A DNA stretch of 64,000 bases from Chrysomallon squamiferum (Eukaryota > Animalia > Mollusca). The notes beneath the pieces were generated by a model. The model saw only the letters and a program-made list of their open reading frames with translations, ran no database searches and was not told where the DNA came from. The number at the start of each line of letters is the position of its first letter. Position 1 is the first letter of the stretch. Both the position numbers and the translations under genes were made by a program. This document shows, piece after piece, positions 14,401 through 64,000 of this stretch. The DNA lies in assembly GCA_012295275.1 (NCBI GenBank), contig CM022670.1, forward strand, positions 3,100,001 through 3,164,000, written 5' to 3'.

Positions 14401-14734
14401 AGAAACAAAATCTCAATGTGTAAAATTTTTCTTTTCTTTTTTTTTCCATCTGTTATTACAAATACGTTATTTATTAATTTCTTAAAAAGCTTGGTGCTTC
14501 AGTTTTCTGGGGAAACGTTTAACGGATCATGATTTTACAGGAAATTTTTTCAAGGATTTTTTGTAACTAATTAAACAAAAAAAATTAATGTAAACCAAAA
14601 AAAAAAAATAATAATAATAATAATATAAATAATAAAGTAAAAAGAGAGAGCAGTAGGAAAGATTTCAGTAACAGTAACTAAACTAGGTAATTTTTTTTGG
14701 CTTTGCGCGCGTCAGTTGTATTTCTGAACTCACG

Positions 14735-51037
<36,303 letters not shown>

Positions 51038-51594
51038 TGTGAGTGAACAACAACAACAAAAAAAACAAACAAAAACAACAGAAGGAAATATTTGGAGGAG
51101 GTATTCTGTGCGCTGTCAAGGACGATTTGAAGACATATCTGGGTTCAGCACAATCAGCTCTAAGGAACTTGTAATGAAAAACTGGTGTAAATTTAATAAA
51201 TAAGCTAAACTTGAAAGAACTGGGAAGAAATGAGCGTGATGACTGATTGGTTTTGTTCCCATGTTGCAGTCCCTTGAGATAAAAAAAAAAAAAACAATGT
51301 TGTTATCAGATATCAGAGATGTGATGTTGCTATTTAATAATTGATGGGTTATTTGCAAAAACAATGTAAAAACTGTTATTAATGTCAGTGCTTTTGATAA
51401 TATGGCGTAGATATTCTATGAACATGTCTAGATCAATCGTTTTTTTGTGCAGTTTTGACAGGGTTACTTAATTATTTTATATTTCTTTTTTCTTAGTTAT
51501 CTGTTTACTTAGATATCTTTTTAGGATTTTTTTCTTTCCAAAATATTGTTTATAATTTATCTATCTATCTCTGTTTGTTTGTTTATTTATTTGT

Positions 51595-51661
<67 letters not shown>

Positions 51662-53563
51662 TTCCTTCTGGTAAAAATGACAATCTTTAGAAATGTTTGC
51701 AACATTTTGCGAAGCAATACTGAAGCTCGCGAAGCATTCATCTATAATTACGTTCTGTGTTATAGTGTTGTGCATTACTATGTCTCTGTGATAACTTTAG
51801 ACGTACGTAGCCAAACACTTAAAACTCTAGGTTTTCAAGTATCATGCCTTAACATGTGCCTCGTGTAACAAGTTGTGCTTTAATCGTATAACTAGTTTTC
51901 TACGCGAATAGGCAAAGTGTAACCGAATTTCCCCTAACGCTTTGAGATGAGTTTTCATTCTTTCTGTCATTATTATAAAATGATTTGAAAATTCGTATTT
52001 ATGTTTCTAAAGAAGATGTAATTTCATTTATATTTATATATACATATATACATTTATTCTTTTTTCTTCTTCGAAAGCTGGTACATTAGAAAACAGTAAT
52101 ACGTTTTAGAAAGACTTAAAAGATACTTTATTAAGATAAAGATCATTTATCCGATAAACATGAAAGCGGAGGTGAGCCGGATTTTATTATTTTCCGGTTT
52201 TCTGGCCTGTTGTACTTAAAATATAAAACAATGAAAATTAAATAACAAAACTGTACCTAACAGTTTAAACATAAATACACTTCTAAAACTGGTTTCTGGT
52301 AATTCAGCTTTTCTAGAAACCGGATAAATGATCTGGTAACAGATCTGTTATGAATTATCCTATATTTCAAGTTACCATGCTTTAACACTCGTGCTAGCAG
52401 TGGTAACGTTAATTTTGTTTGTTCTCAGAGTACGTTTAAATAAAACACGGAAAGTGCGAGCGACTTGTCGCATAAAGAGAAAAAACGGTCACTAAGCAAC
52501 TGTGAGAATTCAGAGATTCTCATTTAAAGAGAAAACATCATATTCTGCCTCCAGAGTGTGAAATTGTGTAATTATATTTGCTTATTCTAAGGAAATGTAG
52601 ACTGAAGGTTAGAACTAATTCAGTGTGAATCAACAACATACTTACAGCAATAATTAACAAGTTGTAATTTAAACAACGTTACGTTATACGTTCCGGTTTC
52701 AAAATAATTACGAGCAACAGCAGCTAACGGTTCTACGTGTATCGTAAATAATGTTACGTGTGTCTGCTTCTATGCACTTGGTAGATGACGTAAATAATCA
52801 AACACTTCCGTTTGTTGGCCTATTTCAAAGCCTTTGTGCTCTGTAATGAAATAATTAACATTTTCAGTTCAGACGCGGTTGAAGATTCTGATGTGCAGTT
52901 CTCAAAGACAAACATGTTCTGCAAACATTGATTTCATTAGTCTCATTAAAGTCATTATTCTTTTTTCCTACAATTATAACATCTATTTTGAATACAGATA
53001 GCTTTGAGCATCCTTTGAAATGGCCTGGAATATATTTATTGTAAGTGAAGAATAGCTTCCAGAACACAAAAAAAAAGAAAAAAAAAGAAAAGAAAATCAT
53101 TTCTTAGTTCTTATTTTCCATTCTATGTTAAATTGTTGAATTAGATCATTGTAACTTTATGTAATATTACTATATATAATTTAATTTACATCTATTATTG
53201 TAATAATGAAATGAATTCTGGAGCTTTGATAGTATTAAAATAATTAACTATTGAATATTTTTTGTATGTTTGTTTGTTTGTTTTGTGATTTTGTTTTTCT
53301 TTAATGGAATCTCTGTACCTTAATGCATTTTTTCCTGCTTCTCATTATGTGCTTTCAGAAAAATACATTATATAAATATTCTCAAGTACTGAATTCCAAT
53401 TATAGACATCTTAGCAGTTTAAAACTGAAATATTGATCCCCCTCCGTTTTTAAATTATATGTAAAAGGGTTTAAATGACCATTATGGATAAAAACCATTA
53501 GCCGAGAGAGAGAAAGAGATACAAATATACAAATATATACAGTTAGAGAGAAATACAGAAAGG

Positions 53564-53678
<115 letters not shown>

Positions 53679-54985
53679 TGAATTTTGGAACATGTTTCTG
53701 TTTTTAGGACATGGCTCTCATTTTGTTTGACTGCCAGCGTCTGAAGTCGAAGAGAATTTGTAGAGAACTTTTCTGATCGTCTTTGTTATATTAATATAGA
53801 GTATTTTATAAAATTAAAATGACAACCAAACAATGAGTCGATTATGAGTGCGTACTGATATCAGTATTCCTACGTATTTTTATACAGCACTACCAGGAGG
53901 CTTGAAACAAAAGAAGGATGTAATATTACGTTACACTGACTTGACAGTTAGAAAATATCTTTAACGTCATTGCAAAATATTACATTTTCAGTACCAAGCA
54001 CGTCTAAAGGTAGATAGTGGCGTGGTCACGTGTCCCCCAAACTCCCCTGGGTCCGCAGCCGCTCATTAACACCTAATAGTTTCATAAACAATTCCGTGAA
54101 AATGCAATCACTAGCGAGGAGAGAACAGTCCCAACTCTACGACTACGTAGATTCGCTATCAAAAACTTTTCATTAATACTTATTTTGACACCAGGATCAA
54201 TGATCTGTGTTTGTCAGATACAAAACCCCCGGGATGTAAACTGGTCACCTAACTTACGTGTTAACGCGACCACCATTTCATAACAGTTGCAGGACACAAG
54301 TATGTTTCAGGTCTGTGTCTGACCGAAGCAGCTGTTTGTTACAGAGCCGTATGACTTCACCAATGCAAACAGAGCACTGGCATTTTGCTGTTGAAGGTTT
54401 TCTTTGTTTAGAACTCACCACTGAGATTATGTAACTGTCGTAAGCATCAGGACTCGACAGATTTTGTTTCTATGATAATTTTTTTTTTCACAAACATTTT
54501 TTCTTTCCTACATTTCAACTGATATAACTGTAATCTTTATTTCCAAAAAAAAATTCAGTAATGCATTCATAAGCGATATATGTTAAGAGTTGCAAGTGAT
54601 GGAACTGCACTACCTTTTTAAGCAAAATTTTCCAGCAAATCAACACCTCTACACATCTTATTAAATACGCCGAAATTATATATTTCTATCAAATGAAATT
54701 ATTAAGTTACATGTTAATGTACTGTCTTAATATAGTAATTCAAAACAGTTCAGAAGGCTGCTCAAAGTGTTTGATATTGTCAGAGTGCGGCTTTAGTCTT
54801 CGCGGCGAGAAACAAAAATTTGATTCTTGCTTTAATTATCTAACTTCACGCTTTATGAGATAGTCAGAATTTATCGTCAGAAGATCAAACCAATCGATAA
54901 TTGTCAGAGACGCAGAATAAAGAAAACTTCAGAACACGAACGGCATCTTGAATCGACAGGTATTTATTTTATTTTATTTTATTTT

Positions 54986-55016
<31 letters not shown>

Positions 55017-55084
55017 ATTTATTGCGTCGTGGGAATCGATGATTAAGCGCGGTTATTGAACAACTTTTTTCAGCGTTGTCTTGA

Positions 55085-55598
55085 AGGCCGAACAGTAACG
55101 TCGTCCGCCTTAAGAATGTGAGCGAATGGGGTCCATACGTTCGAGTCTCGTCAGCGGCATCTGTCGGGTTTGTGAGGTCGTGATTGGACTTTGTCCCCCT
55201 GCGCCAGTGCGTTCTGGAATATTGTCTATGTGCAGAGTCTAATCAGACGTACATAAGACAGAGAATATTCAAATTCTAAATATACATAGAGACACAGACA
55301 CACAGACACACACCAACATATATACATACATACATATGAACAGAAGATTGTTTTGATGGCCTTCGAAGTGAATAGATGCCGAGTGTTCGAGTCTCGAGAG
55401 CAGCGTCTGATGTTTGTGAGGTCAGAATACTGAGTTTCTGCAGAGTCTAATCAGACGTACATAAGACATACATATACCGTTCACACATTCACACATATAT
55501 CTGCACATAAAAATACATTTGTGAGACTGGGATTGGCCTTTCAGTGCTGGTGCGATCCCGAATATTGTCTATGTGCAGAGTCTAATCAGACGTGCGTA
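55085..55598 (+). mobile_element. Cluster of three partial copies of a tRNA-derived SINE-like element
   Basis: Pol III B-box-like GTTCGAGTC at 55139 and 55385; A-box-like GGCCGAACAG near 55086; TGCAGAGTCTAATCAGACGT repeated at 55231, 55439 and 55574; the first two copies are followed by CA/TA-rich simple sequence. Confidence 0.6.
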
Positions 55599-57583
55599 AT
55601 ATTTGCTGTCAATGCGAATTTACCACACAAAATTAAATGTATTTTAAAATGACGAATGACAAAATAAAAATCAAGCATCTTTCGTGGGAAGCGATGATAA
55701 AGGTTTTTAAATAAATACCGCGTTAATACATTACGAAAATACAACAAGATCTGTTTACAAACAAATGTTTTAATACTAGTGCCATATCAGATCTTCTGGA
55801 AACATCCAATAAATCCATTTATTCTACATCAAACTTAAAATATTAAGTAAATCATTATTTGTTCAACATGAAATGGAATTTGTTCTTTACCTAATATTTC
55901 ATAATATAATTATGTCATTTCAGTTTACCGTCAAAATCTGTTAACATCCATTCAGCAGAAACTATTTCGAAATGTTTGTTTGTTACAAATTTAATAATTT
56001 CTTCTTAAAACAAAATCAAAAATAAAGAAAAAACTCATTTAGAAATCTTTGTTTTCTAGCAAATCTAAAAACAAAAACAAAAATATAAAATTCAAATTTT
56101 TTGGGGGGGGTGGTTGCAAGAAAAATGAAATCACTGATTATCAAAATCAAATGTAATATATACATTCTGCATCAATTTCGAAACAGGAAGATGACCTTAT
56201 CCATCACAAGATCTGTATTCTCACCTCACATGATTATTAATGGAACAACAGCAAAATGTAACCGTAGTGTTTAACTCTTCTGCTGTCAGACCTGAACTTA
56301 TGCGACTGACCGTTAAGACAAACGGACGGAAATGATCTCGTTTGTCTCAGGAAATTATGTCCTCCATGGTTACCCATGGCGATGAAAGAAAATATGCGAG
56401 CTTCGTATTTGATTTATTCAGAGATTTTCATATGACAGGAAACCAATCATATTCACCTGTCGAGAACAAGCGACGCGTCACTTGATTTTCACTTCTGTGA
56501 ATTTCTCTGACGCTAGCTCTGCAGCTGCTTGTATTCAGAATAACAGAACTTCCTTGCAACAAAATATTGACGGTTTTGTTTCCGTATAATAGAAAAGGTT
56601 AACAGTTTTGGCTGGTCTTGGGTGAACTGGTAAGTCCAAGGAAAATGCACTTGCTGTATTACGATACATTCGGTGGAAATAGGTTTATTATTAATTTCGC
56701 TCTGTATTATAATAACAACAACAACAACAACAACAACAACAATAATAACCATAATAATAATAATAATAAGAATAAGAATAAGAATAAGAGAAATATAAAG
56801 AATGCAAGACATTAGTTAATCCCACATACAAATAATAATGGAAATGGTATATTTCAATACAATTAACTTCTTATTTTAAATTAAATGAGAAATGTCGGTT
56901 TGACTAAAATCGACGTTTTAAAACTCTCCAATTTAATTTTGAAATAAATTCGATACAAACGAATTTCAATGAAAATGTGTGTACTTTGATTTTTGATAAA
57001 CCGCATTTTCAATACAAAATGTATGAAACAATTTATAAACAAAGGGGAAAAAAATGATGAACCATATACTGCATATATTTGCAACATTTGAATCTTTTAG
57101 TAGTTCAGTCTTAAGTAAAATAAAGCTGAGAACAGTTAAGATATCGTAGTAGCTACAATGCTGGAGTGGAAGTAGTAGAGTTGTTATACAGAAACAAACG
57201 ATGCTTTAAGTCGTATAATACTAACTAAATTGTGGACGGTCATTCTGACGACACAAAAGTTGGTTGGCAATAACGACAATAGTAGTGGTAGTGTTATTTC
57301 TTTTTTTCTCTTAAGCTGTTTACTTGTTTACCTTCATGTGACCGACTACCGTTGGCCGTAGTCGTAATTAATAAAAATTGTAGATGGTCACTCTGTCTAG
57401 ATAGCAGGCATTTGAATATTAGTAACCGTTCTTGTAACAGGATGTATTATCAGTGATAGTATTTCTTTTTCATTCTTGTTCGCTCGTTTTCTTTGTACTG
57501 ACTTGACCATTGGAAACTAATGATGCTGGTAAAGAGATAGTCAGACAGACTGAGAAATAATGAGTGAGGTGGCGAGAATGAAT

Positions 57584-57769
<186 letters not shown>

Positions 57770-58395
57770 ATTCCGGAGTTACTGTGAATTATTCTGGAAC
57801 TTAGTGGTATTATGGGGAATTTATAAATAATATAACAAAACACAAACTGTACACGCAAGAAGAAGTAAAAGATTACAAAGAAAAGCCTCTCTTAGAAAGA
57901 AATTTATAAACGTATAGAAAAAAAAAGATGTAATTCATTTCTTGTGTTTTTCTCCAGAAGTAATAAATGAAACAAAATCGCTAGGAGACTTTCCAAGAGA
58001 TTAATTTTAATTCGCTTTGTGCTTAAGGAATCTTTATCAGACTGATTAGATATTGCGTTCTTTATTTTCATTACTTCACAATGCTAATAACGTCATAAAA
58101 AAATTGAGACTTTTATGCTAATGGAAAAACATGACTTTTAACTTTAAGTTGGCAACATCAAAACGTTATCATGATTTGTTGATACTGTGTGATTGCCTAA
58201 TTCTAGACATGCGTTACATCGAAGGCAGTTTATTGCTGTCAAAGATAGTATGAAGAGAGATGTAGATTTTTCGTTCAGTTAAACAATCTCTCCTTAGAAA
58301 CCTCGACAGCGTCAATTAACGAGACAAGATTGTCGAATGTGTTATATATTGTTTAGTGCAAGAAACCTGTATCTTTCATTTAATTTTTAATTTTC

Positions 58396-58426
<31 letters not shown>

Positions 58427-60354
58427 TTATTCTGTTTATTACTCCCCTGTTTTCATTATCTCTAACACTTATGTTTACTGTTAATATCACTGTTGATACT
58501 GTATTGCAGCTACTACTACTATTGCTGCTTCTATTACTACTACTGTTAGTATGACTATTACTATGACTATTGTTACTGTTACTATGAATACCAATATCAG
58601 TACACATATGCTGATACCTTTACTACTGTTATTTATAATGTTAGCACTGCCACTACTACATATGCTACTAGTCTGTGATACAGCTACGACTACTGCCACT
58701 GTTGCTATTACCACTACTGCTACCATAAGCGTTACCTACTACTAATATTACTAGTAGCACTACTATTACTATACTAATGCTACTACTAGTACTAAGAAGA
58801 AGAAGAAGATGACGATGATGATGATGGCGATGATGTTGGTGATGACCATGACGATGATGATATTAATACTATTGTCATCACTAGCTCTACCGCTATGAAT
58901 AAATCGTGCCTCGCTAAGATCGCTTTCATTACAAATCTGTTATCACATCAAAGTATCTGTGTCTCTCTGTCGTGATAAATACTCCAGTTGCATTCCTTCG
59001 TCAATCTATCAGATGTGAATTTTCTTACGTCAGTACGTACTCTTAAAAGCATTCAGTCGACACCGTTCCATTTAACAAAACCAACAGAAAACACTTTTCT
59101 TTAAATATGTCTGAAAACATCGGCGGCTAGAATGAATTCTTTCATTTCCTGCTCAGTCACGATTTTTTGCCACGAAATATGTATTTAGACAACTTTTCTT
59201 TATCAGCTCTGTGCCGAAAATCAATTCAGGGCCATGATTTTGTCAACGGGATCTGAAGTTCCCGATATTTCTTTTTCTTTTCTTTCTTTCTTTCTTTCTT
59301 TCGTTATGTGTTTCTGGTATCATTATTTGCTATCAAATCCCTTTTGTTCTGAACGTTTTTCAGAAGGTGTCCGTTTTCCAGTGTTTATTTTATTATCTGA
59401 CAAAGGAAAGCGTCTAGGATTTCGGAATCTACGAATTTCCAGTCATTTCACAGTGTTCTTTACAAACAGCTGTCTCTGAGAATTGTGAAGGTTTTCTGTC
59501 TTCCGTAACTTACTTCTGAATAAACAGAAATTCATCGACTCATGTTCTGTAATTCATCCGTTTACATCCTGTTTTTCAAGATTAGAATATCTTTTAATGC
59601 AGAAGGTTTTAATCTTCTAGAAATAACTAATATTTCTTCTGGTAATGCATCCAGTCGAAAATAAGTCTAAAATGTTAGATATAACATGCACTAGTATCAT
59701 ATGATGTTATGCGAAGACAAGGTACATTTGTCCCTTCATTTAACGGATTTTGGTAAATCAAGACAAAATCTGGGAAATGTAAAAATAATCTCGATTCGGG
59801 ATCCGTCCGGTAATCAGTGCGGCGTCCGAAAGTACGCGCATCTGTTTGTTTAAACTGGCGGTGTGTGCGTTTCGTGCTGTGTAACTGCTCTGTGTTGTTT
59901 GTCTAACAGTTCTTTATATGTGTAACATTATTTTTATTTTCTTAGTATTGAAAGTGTCGCTACTGTACGATCACAGTATAACAAGCTCAATACGCCGTGC
60001 ATCGGAGTAAGTGAAATTTAGATCTATACATTATTCCACTTTGATAATATTAATATTTACGCTATTTCTAACAACCTTCGAAAAACCGAGATTTTTTTTT
60101 GTATTTTCCGAACAAGCTTTACCATCTTTTACTCCGCTAAATTGAGTGTCGACTGTATTGTCATTGTTTATTAGTAGATAAATGTGATTATATACAAAAC
60201 AAACACTTTAAATAGAGAAATAAAATACGCTTTATATATACATATAAACATACACACACACGCACGCGCACTCACACAGACACACACATTATGAATGCCG
60301 GCCACTTTGGGAATAACAGAGAAGAGTAAGTAAGTAAGCAAGTAAGGAAGCAAA

Positions 60355-60391
<37 letters not shown>

Positions 60392-61513
60392 GAGTGAGTA
60401 GGTAAGTAAACAGAAAATAAAGTTTCAGAAGATCTATGATAATTAACTCTTTTTAATGTTTGTATCGGATGAATGAACATATTATATACTTAGACTGAGT
60501 AAAGCTCAGTGACCAGTAGATGAAGGAAACATGAACGAAATAATAAAAAGGTTATTTGAAAAGTCTTAAATATTTTGAAACTGAAGATTTCAAATAAATA
60601 ATTCATTCATGTTGCAAGACCAATGAACATATAACAAACATTTTCTCACACAAACACATCATTAATTCTCAATAGAGATCAAAGATTTCTGTAAATAGGG
60701 GGAGAACATTTACAAGATCGTCCAACAACATTGATACATTATCGAAAACACAGAATGTGACTTCAAACTGAGCGAATGTTCTGCAGCCGTCGAGCGAGTT
60801 GTTGGAATCAACTGCATCGAGCTCTGCTTGCTCACAATCAGAGGTCATCGTTTATAAAAACCTCGTTTTGTTGATGGTTTCGCGAGGTCTTCCCTCGCAC
60901 ACGTCTGTATCAAAGATCACAGACAAGTCGAGCCGAAGTGGGACAACTTCTCGGAAAAAGAAAAAAGAAGACACAAACTGGCTGATGTTAACACTGTCCC
61001 TGTTATCTTCAGCTGACTGTAATAAGCTGATGAAGAATCGCGTTTAAGAAAACCACGAAGACTCGCGTACAGCAAGCAATCAAATTTGTTTTATCGGCAC
61101 CGCACCAGCAGAAAGTCATCCAAGTGGGACAAGCGTTGGAGCTTAGCATTAAGCCAATAACCCCTCCACTTGCGGTTTCCAGCTCAAAGTTGTTCAACTA
61201 GTGCAGAACATGTCATCGACCTTTTTTTTTTTTTTTTTTTTTTTGAAGGATGATGATATTTTGTCCTTCTATATCCCTCCAGAATGCTGAATAAAAGATG
61301 AATCTGTACAACTGGACCATAATCCATGCTATAAGAGAGATAAAGGAAAAGAAACGTTCATGGATTGTTATAACTGGATCAACTGTCGGCTTTATACAGC
61401 ATGCATCAAGAGTCTAATGACAAAAATTCCGTTACGTCTTTTTTCTTTGATTATAGAGTCAAACGAAGCCTTGATCGCTGTGTCGCTTGCCATCTTTTTT
61501 TTTCCATCTAGAC

Positions 61514-61711
<198 letters not shown>

Positions 61712-62146
61712 GAATTCAAACTAAATTAATAATCTTGCAGTCAGTGCTATTCTTTTATAATTGTTAGTTTATTCATCTCTCTGTTGATTTATTTCTAATT
61801 ATTTCTCGTTCTCCTTACAGGATTTTAGTACAGAATTGTTTGTTGTTTCTTCACTTACATGACAGACACAGATTAAGCAACTACGCGAAATCCAAAGACA
61901 CAAATATTTGTCCGCACTGTTTGTTTTCTTTGTAGAGTACCCAGCTCAGGATTTGTAATACTGGAATCACAGGAATCGATTTAATTTTCTCAAATTACAC
62001 GAAAACAAGATCGTTTTCAGAGACAATGTACTTTTAAGAGAAATAGATACATTTTACAGTTACCATCATGTTGTATACTGTGTTCTTTTTTTCTGTTTTC
62101 TTTAAATAATTATTATCATTGTTATTATTATTATTATTATTATTAT

Positions 62147-62178
<32 letters not shown>

Positions 62179-62500
62179 ATAGTTGATGTTAGTGGTGATG
62201 ATGGTATCGTAATTATTTATTGTTGTATAATATCTTAATTTGTTTTGAATGTTACTAATTTTATGAACGCCATGGTGTTTCAGTACCCATTTTCACATTT
62301 TTATATTCTATATTCTTGTTTTAATGGATTCAAATTATACAACAACTTGCTCATGAAATTAAAGAAATCTGTACTGGAAATCTATTTATTTAACCAGAAG
62401 GTTTAATTTACACAAATCTTACTGCCTAATATTCAGCATAAATATTTTGTTCTGTAATCTAAAGGTATGATTTTCGCAATAAATAAATGAATAAAATAAA

Positions 62501-62541
<41 letters not shown>

Positions 62542-63390
62542 AAACAAACAAACAAACAAACAAATAAATAAATAAAACAAATAAACAAACAAACAAACAA
62601 ATAAATAAAATTGTTCTTCGAGTTCTTCCTATCAGATCTGTCTGCAGCAATGTTCAGCAAGGAACTCTTCCGTAAGCGCAGCAAACTATTCATTTTAATC
62701 AACGAGGTTTGATACGGCCTTTCATTTACTTTCAAGCAAACGTTGCAGGGCTAAGCTTTTTCAGGCTTAAGATTACTATTTATTTTTGGAGATAGTACAA
62801 AAGGAAGGGTATAATATCAGGAATTTTATATTGGTTTGAAAAGATCAAAGAGGTGCTAGTTTAAAAAAAAGAAGAAAAAAGAAAGAATTAAGGTCAACAC
62901 TTCAAAGAAAAGTGACGACCTACAAAAATATTTGGTGTGAACAGTGTAAGTTAAATTTTAAAAGCCGTAAAATAAACATAAAAAAAAAATAATAATAAAA
63001 TTAAAGAATTATACATATGAAAATATCACGAATAGATAGAACAAACAGACAGACAGACAGACAGAAAGGTAGGTAGGTAGTTTGATAGATGACAGATAGA
63101 TAGATAGACAGACAGACATAAACATATAGATAGATAGACACATCTACATAATTTAATTTCCTATATGCATAAACAAAAATTCAATATATACCTACATTCA
63201 ATAATTACAGATAACTGCATATTTACATACCAACACATATACATGCACACATATACACATATATACATATATACATATATACACACACACAACACACATA
63301 CACACAAAACATATATACACACATACACTCATATACATATATACATTTATATACACATTTTCACATGCATATGCATGGATACATATATAA

Positions 63391-63421
<31 letters not shown>

Positions 63422-64000
63422 AAACACTTACCCGCGCATACACAGAGACTCATCACTGTTCACGCACACGCATCCACACTCAAATACGCACGTTTACAAA
63501 CGTCAGTTTTATAATTTTTCTTTGCTATATTTCTACCAGAGTGTGAACGTTGAGACGGAGATAACTGCTCGTCTAATGAAATTTTAAAACAAATTTGTTG
63601 AAATGGATCATCGAAACATGACACGCTTCTGTCAGTCTTGAAGGTTCTAATGTTTCCTGATAATGAATAATTCAATGAAACTCCATTTAAACTAACTCAT
63701 CCGTTTGTTTGTTTCCTGCCGAAAACGTGTAGGACAAACGTCATTACAAATCTGCAGAGACAACTTCGGAGTGATCGAAACTTTTGGAAAATAATTGACG
63801 AGGGCTCAAAACAGCCTACTCCCGTGGGAAATGTTTCAGTGTTGAAAAATTCCAGAGGCGTAAAGATAGAAATAATAATTTTAATTGTCCTTATTGATTT
63901 AATATTCTCTCAGTTTTAAAAAATCAAACTTTGAAGTTATTCGCGTCTTTTCTTTGAAACGTTGTTGTTGTCCTTTTATTCTGTAGTGACTTCGCCCCTT

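Overview
AT-rich, microsatellite-dense animal genomic DNA with GT-AG introns. It looks molluscan, possibly gastropod; this is recollection from repeat motifs and protein style, not verified. Two + strand genes are supported. (1) An intronless ~165-aa PH-fold-like protein at 7814-8311, with CCAAT/TATA-like elements upstream and AATAAA at 9401. (2) A 10-exon soluble guanylate cyclase alpha subunit gene at 14735-51037, hand-assembled with all nine intron phases consistent; ~792 aa after correction, with an N-terminal extension, pseudo-H-NOX, PAS/HNOBA, coiled coil and cyclase domain. The sGC gene as written has two single-base (-1) frame breaks, in exon 1 and exon 4, most simply read as homopolymer sequencing errors. 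Its pseudo-H-NOX is unusually beta-like but has Gln at the heme-ligating His. Nearly all other ORFs in the track are microsatellite artefacts. SINE-like remnants, small inverted repeats and local tandem duplications are also present. No clearly novel multi-gene system could be established from sequence alone.
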